A stretch of DNA of 28,168 nucleotides from a virus. Below are positions 24,728 to 28,168 of the stretch, piece by piece. Within the stretch, counting starts at the first letter, position 1, and each line of letters opens with the position of its first letter. The notes beneath the pieces are model-generated. The model searched no databases, was not told the origin of the DNA, and saw nothing but the letters and a program-made list of their open reading frames with translations. The translations under genes were made by a program, and so were the position numbers. The stretch is taken from positions 70,369-98,536 of the IMG/VR virus record IMGVR_UViG_3300027908_000023. One strand, 5' to 3'.

Positions 24728-24900
24728 GAATTTCATGTCAACTCGACGACGCAGAGGCAATGTGAAAATCCTTCGCGGTGTCCTGGAACCACAAGTTCCT
24801 TCCCCCAACCCACCTACTTGCCAAGGAAAAACCCACATGGTGCCATCGGAACGGAACGCACCACCATATGAGCCGGACACCGCGAAGAAACCAATCCGGC
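24728..24900 (-). promoter_or_regulatory. CRISPR leader-like region
   Basis: No convincing ORF; perfect 13-bp inverted repeat CTTCGCGGTGTCC (24771-24783) / GGACACCGCGAAG (24875-24887) near the repeat. Confidence 0.5.
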
Positions 24901-24972
24901 AGGGATCGCAACAGCGACCCAGAACGCATAAAAGCAAGCCAGGATGCACTGCCGTGATTGATGAAGTGTATG

Positions 24973-25206
24973 TTATTCCACACCATCAAAACACTTGCCA
25001 GAGTGAGCCTTTTTCTTGATCCAGTACAGCGCACTGATCGACCATCTCTCGATGATGGCACGGTTAACTTTGCCCCAATCCACCTTGTCGCGCTCGCTGG
25101 AGCGTAGCGCCAGGCAGTAGGTCTTGGCGATGTCGAGTCGCACGGAAGACGGCTCAGCGATCTCGTCAAGGAGTGTTCTTTCGCACGTCATCAATTCCCA
25201 GGGCAT
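24973..25206 (-). CDS. hypothetical phage protein
   Basis: GGAG RBS; VDWGKVNRAIIERWSISALYWIK. Confidence 0.65.
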   Translation of the reverse strand: MPWELMTCERTLLDEIAEPSSVRLDIAKTYCLALRSSERDKVDWGKVNRAIIERWSISALYWIKKKAHSGKCFDGVE

Positions 25207-25208
25207 GG

Positions 25209-26372
25209 CTACTGTTCTCCCTGCATGGCCGCGCGTTCCGCGTCGTCATCGCCCGATACCGCCGGCATGGCTTCCAGTTCCTTGAGGAGTTTCTGCCCGT
25301 CGGTTTCCGTCATGGCGTTGACGAGTGCCGGGATCTTCAGTCGCCCTGCGAGGTTCTCCAGGTCATCGGGGAAGATTTGTTTCTCGGTAATCAGCGTGTT
25401 GATCTTCTCGCGTGTCTCGGCCGTGATGGCAACCGTCACGGTTCCGCTAACTGCCGCGCTCTGTTGTGCCTTGAGATGATCCAGCACCTGAGCGCTCCGC
25501 GATCCAACTGCTGGCAAGGCCGGTTGTCCAGCATTGCCAGCACCGGCCGCGCCAGCGCCGCTCGTCAACCCGCGTTCGTCCACATCGCCGCCCGGCAATG
25601 CGGCCAGGGTGAGTTTCGATCCGGTTGCCTTGCGATAGGCTGCCTGGTAGGCATCGCCAATCGCCTTGCCGATCAGCTGAGACGACTTGGCAGCACCGTG
25701 ACACTCGACCGTGAAGGCTTGCCCCGGTTTGTCGTCGGTGCCGATCAGTTGATCGTTCTTTCCGTCCATGAGCCAGGAGAGTTTCACTCTCACGCTCCAC
25801 TGGCCGTCGCGATTCACGGGCTGGCCAGGCGCGATGGTGATGTCCGAGATGCCGGGAAGTTCCTCGAACTTTCTCCGCCAGCCGTTCTGGGTCACGAAGC
25901 ACTGGCCGGCGATGATGTTGAACTCGTTGCCGATGAGATAGAGTCCCTGGATCAGCGCTGTCACGACGCAGTTGCGGACTTCTGGAACCGTGTAGGAATT
26001 CGGGTTGCTCTTGCTCGGACGATCGCAGCGGAAACCGTTCTGATCATTCATGAGCGGCATGACGTGCCTGGTCATCAGGTCCTCGGAGAGTTGCTCTCTG
26101 AGTGCCCGGATGCCCTCTGCCATGAGCAGCGCGCGTTCCGTATGACCACTTGCCCGGTCGATGGCCTGCGCATAACTGATCGCCGTGGTATCGATCTTGC
26201 GAGCGTAGGAGAGCAGTTTGTCGTCGAGCCTGGCGACGGGGAACGTCGGCGCTGAGCCATGTTGCGATTCCACGACCGCCGCGCCGGTCGTGGTTGCACT
26301 TGCTGGAGAGGTTGCTGTCTCGCCGAGCGTTCGTTGCTCCTGGCCTCTTCGGGATGTATCTATTTTAGCCAT
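25209..26372 (-). CDS. probable single-strand annealing protein (divergent RecT/Redbeta-like)
   Basis: Directly downstream of YqaJ; GLYLIGNEFNIIAGQCFVTQNGWRRKF resembles the RecT/Bet core; low-complexity linker and small C-terminal domain. Confidence 0.5.
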   Translation of the reverse strand: MAKIDTSRRGQEQRTLGETATSPASATTTGAAVVESQHGSAPTFPVARLDDKLLSYARKIDTTAISYAQAIDRASGHTERALLMAEGIRALREQLSEDLMTRHVMPLMNDQNGFRCDRPSKSNPNSYTVPEVRNCVVTALIQGLYLIGNEFNIIAGQCFVTQNGWRRKFEELPGISDITIAPGQPVNRDGQWSVRVKLSWLMDGKNDQLIGTDDKPGQAFTVECHGAAKSSQLIGKAIGDAYQAAYRKATGSKLTLAALPGGDVDERGLTSGAGAAGAGNAGQPALPAVGSRSAQVLDHLKAQQSAAVSGTVTVAITAETREKINTLITEKQIFPDDLENLAGRLKIPALVNAMTETDGQKLLKELEAMPAVSGDDDAERAAMQGEQ

Positions 26373-26374
26373 AG

Positions 26375-27256
26375 CTATTGCTCCTCAGAAAGATTCCTTG
26401 CCGGCACATGAAGCCTCATCTGCCCGGCCTTGGTTACCTTGCGCGTGATGACTCTGCCGTCACTGAGTTTACCAGCGCCGGCACAACCCAGCGCCTCGAT
26501 GATTCGACACTTGTAAGATTCCCTGGTGCGTTCCATCTCGCTGAGTTGTTCGCCGAGTCCCACATAGGCATCGGCAACTTCTTCCATCTCTGTATCGAGT
26601 TCTATACTCTTTGTTTCGTCTGGATGAAAGAGCAAGTTAAGTATTTTCGCCGTGTTGGGATGTTGATAATCGAACGCTGGCGGCTCCTGCCGGCAAACCC
26701 TATCCCATAACTCTGAGGCAGCGGTCAAGAGCAGTTGCTGTATCTCTTGATTGCGCTCCACGGTATAGATTCTAAAATCGCTGCCGCCAACCAACACCGC
26801 GACATCGACGCTCTCTATCTCCAACTCCACAGCCGAAAGCATCTGCCATTGTGTCTGGCAAAAGTAGTATTCAGGAACCTGATCGGTTCCGGGCGTACCC
26901 CAACCTTTGCGCTCGTCAGTGCGCTTAATCTCGACAAACTTTCTCTCGTTCCTGATTCCACGGTCGGGTGTGGAGATGACCCAACGGTGTTCAGGGTGTC
27001 TTAGAATTGGCGGATCAAACTGGAACAACTCGTGGCCGGTTTCCAGAGCGTAGACCTGTGCGATGACATCTTCCAGGAGCCGGCCCCACTCCATTGAGGG
27101 ATTGTCGTAGTCCAGCGACTTTCCCAGCTTGTCGGCATATACGTCAAGTGGTCCACCCCAACTTGGAGGAGCCAGGCCGACCACCTTGGCGATCTCGGAA
27201 GCGCCGATGCCGCTACGGCGTTCGGCTAGCCAGATCGTGCGCTGTTCAGGTGTCAT
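26375..27256 (-). CDS. YqaJ/lambda-exonuclease-family recombination nuclease
   Basis: WLAERRSGIGASE, WGRLLE, STPDR, VEIKR, YFCQTQWQM. Confidence 0.95.
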   Translation of the reverse strand: MTPEQRTIWLAERRSGIGASEIAKVVGLAPPSWGGPLDVYADKLGKSLDYDNPSMEWGRLLEDVIAQVYALETGHELFQFDPPILRHPEHRWVISTPDRGIRNERKFVEIKRTDERKGWGTPGTDQVPEYYFCQTQWQMLSAVELEIESVDVAVLVGGSDFRIYTVERNQEIQQLLLTAASELWDRVCRQEPPAFDYQHPNTAKILNLLFHPDETKSIELDTEMEEVADAYVGLGEQLSEMERTRESYKCRIIEALGCAGAGKLSDGRVITRKVTKAGQMRLHVPARNLSEEQ

Positions 27257-27615
27257 CTGGTTCCTACTCCATGCAGTTCCTTGAGAAGATCATCTATCAC
27301 CAGTGCCAGTTCTGCTGCCGCATCCTCTAATCTTGTTGTGTCCCACCATGCAGCGAAAATGCGAAGTTCTCTTGAAGTATTATGCCAGAGCCAGCAGCGA
27401 TACTCCAGACGAAACGCCTCGGGTTTTCCCTTGCCGTGATAGATCAGGAATGCGAAGGGATCAAGTGCGCCGATCGTTCCTGAGTTGTTTTCGATCAACC
27501 ATTTTCCCTGGCAGAGCGCCATCTTGTGCGTGCCATGAAGCAGATCAAGCAGAGATCGCAGGGTCGGCACTGAGACATCCGCTGCCAGCTTCGCGAAGGC
27601 TTTGGGGCCGGTCAT
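27253..27615 (-). CDS. hypothetical protein
   Basis: GAGG RBS; ATGA coupling to the YqaJ gene. Confidence 0.55.
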   Translation of the reverse strand: MTGPKAFAKLAADVSVPTLRSLLDLLHGTHKMALCQGKWLIENNSGTIGALDPFAFLIYHGKGKPEAFRLEYRCWLWHNTSRELRIFAAWWDTTRLEDAAAELALVIDDLLKELHGVGTR

Positions 27616-27698
27616 GCGGCAGTCCTCTCGTTCTGTTTCAGTTCGCGCCGGGCGAAGAGGCCACCCAGCGTATCGGCGTGGCGTTTTATCATAGGTTT

Positions 27699-28168
27699 GG
27701 CGCAACCTTCAGGCCGTTGCACCGGCCATTGTTACGCATCGGGGGCCATTTTGCCATACTTCTCAATCCTGCAGTTGCAACCTTCAAGCCGTTGCACCGG
27801 CCATTGTTACTGCAACGGCTTGAAGGTTGCAACAACTGAGCAGAGTTGCAATCTTCCTGCCATTGCACTGGCTGTTGTTACGAGGCGTCGGTTCGACTCT
27901 GATACCTCACCCGACCGCTGCGTTGCAACCTTCAAGCCGTTGCACCGGCCATTGTTGCCGTGAATCGCCCGCTGACCGGATTGACCAGATGACAGTTGCA
28001 ACCTTCATCCCGTTACACCGGGCATTGTTACGCCGCTGATAACGCTTGGACGACCGTGGCGCAGATCAGGTTGCAACCTTCATCCCGTTACACCGGGCAT
28101 TGTTACTTTGTACCGTTTTGCCCGTCCGGTGCGCGTCTCAATGTTGCAACCTTCATCCCGTTACACCG
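27699..28168 (-). CRISPR. CRISPR array with heterogeneous 37-bp repeats (at least 7 repeats, 6 spacers), cut off by the window end
   Basis: Repeats start at 27699, 27774, 27845, 27922, 27995, 28070 and 28143 (partial); spacers are 38, 34, 40, 36, 38 and 36 bp. The degenerate repeat at 27699 suggests the trailer end, so transcription on minus (repeat ends ...GAAGGTTGCAAC). Confidence 0.95.

Noticed and set aside
24684-24741. Divergent TTGACA boxes flanking the solitary repeat as promoters
   Set aside because: No acceptable -10 hexamer at 16-18 nt on either strand.
24701-24949. 82-aa ORF (and 24738-25169) next to the solitary repeat
   Set aside because: No RBS or coupling and atypical composition; better explained as non-coding leader-like DNA.
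27697-28039. ORFs across the CRISPR array
   Set aside because: Repeat-derived periodic peptides with no independent coding evidence.
27736-28142. Self-targeting spacers against genes in this window
   Set aside because: By eye I found only short 8-9-nt coincidences apart from the anti-repeat spacer; a proper alignment is needed to exclude matches.
1-28168. tRNA/rRNA genes, integrase, structural genes, reverse transcriptase/DGR, cas genes
   Set aside because: No cloverleaf, YxDD RT motif, Cas1/RAMP signature or virion protein recognised. Small divergent Cas or Acr proteins among the hypotheticals cannot be excluded without profile searches.

Overview
This is the early/replication/accessory region of a tailed phage or prophage. 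Nearly all real genes are short, tightly coupled (ATGA/TGATG overlaps) and on the minus strand. Recognisable genes include YqaJ exonuclease plus a probable annealase, an initiator with internal iterons plus DnaB, VRR-NUC, Dam-like MTase, two EndoVII nucleases, and nucleotide/RNA genes (Thg1, SpoU, HD, HAD, PRTase, degenerate QueE). I see no structural, integrase or cas genes. Two layers stand out. (1) A cas-less CRISPR network at three loci with related 37-bp repeats: a mosaic array at the right edge mixing three covarying repeat types and holding a spacer that is a 23-nt anti-repeat; a 2-repeat mini-array inside an ORF; and a solitary repeat behind a leader-like region. (2) Two TnpB elements. 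One has ordinary IS200/IS605-type hairpin ends. The other is bounded by 23-bp terminal inverted repeats and an 8-bp target-site duplication (IS1-like GGnnnTG ends), encodes no transposase, and splits a phage gene that precise excision restores in frame. All protein calls come from motifs read by eye; no database search was run.
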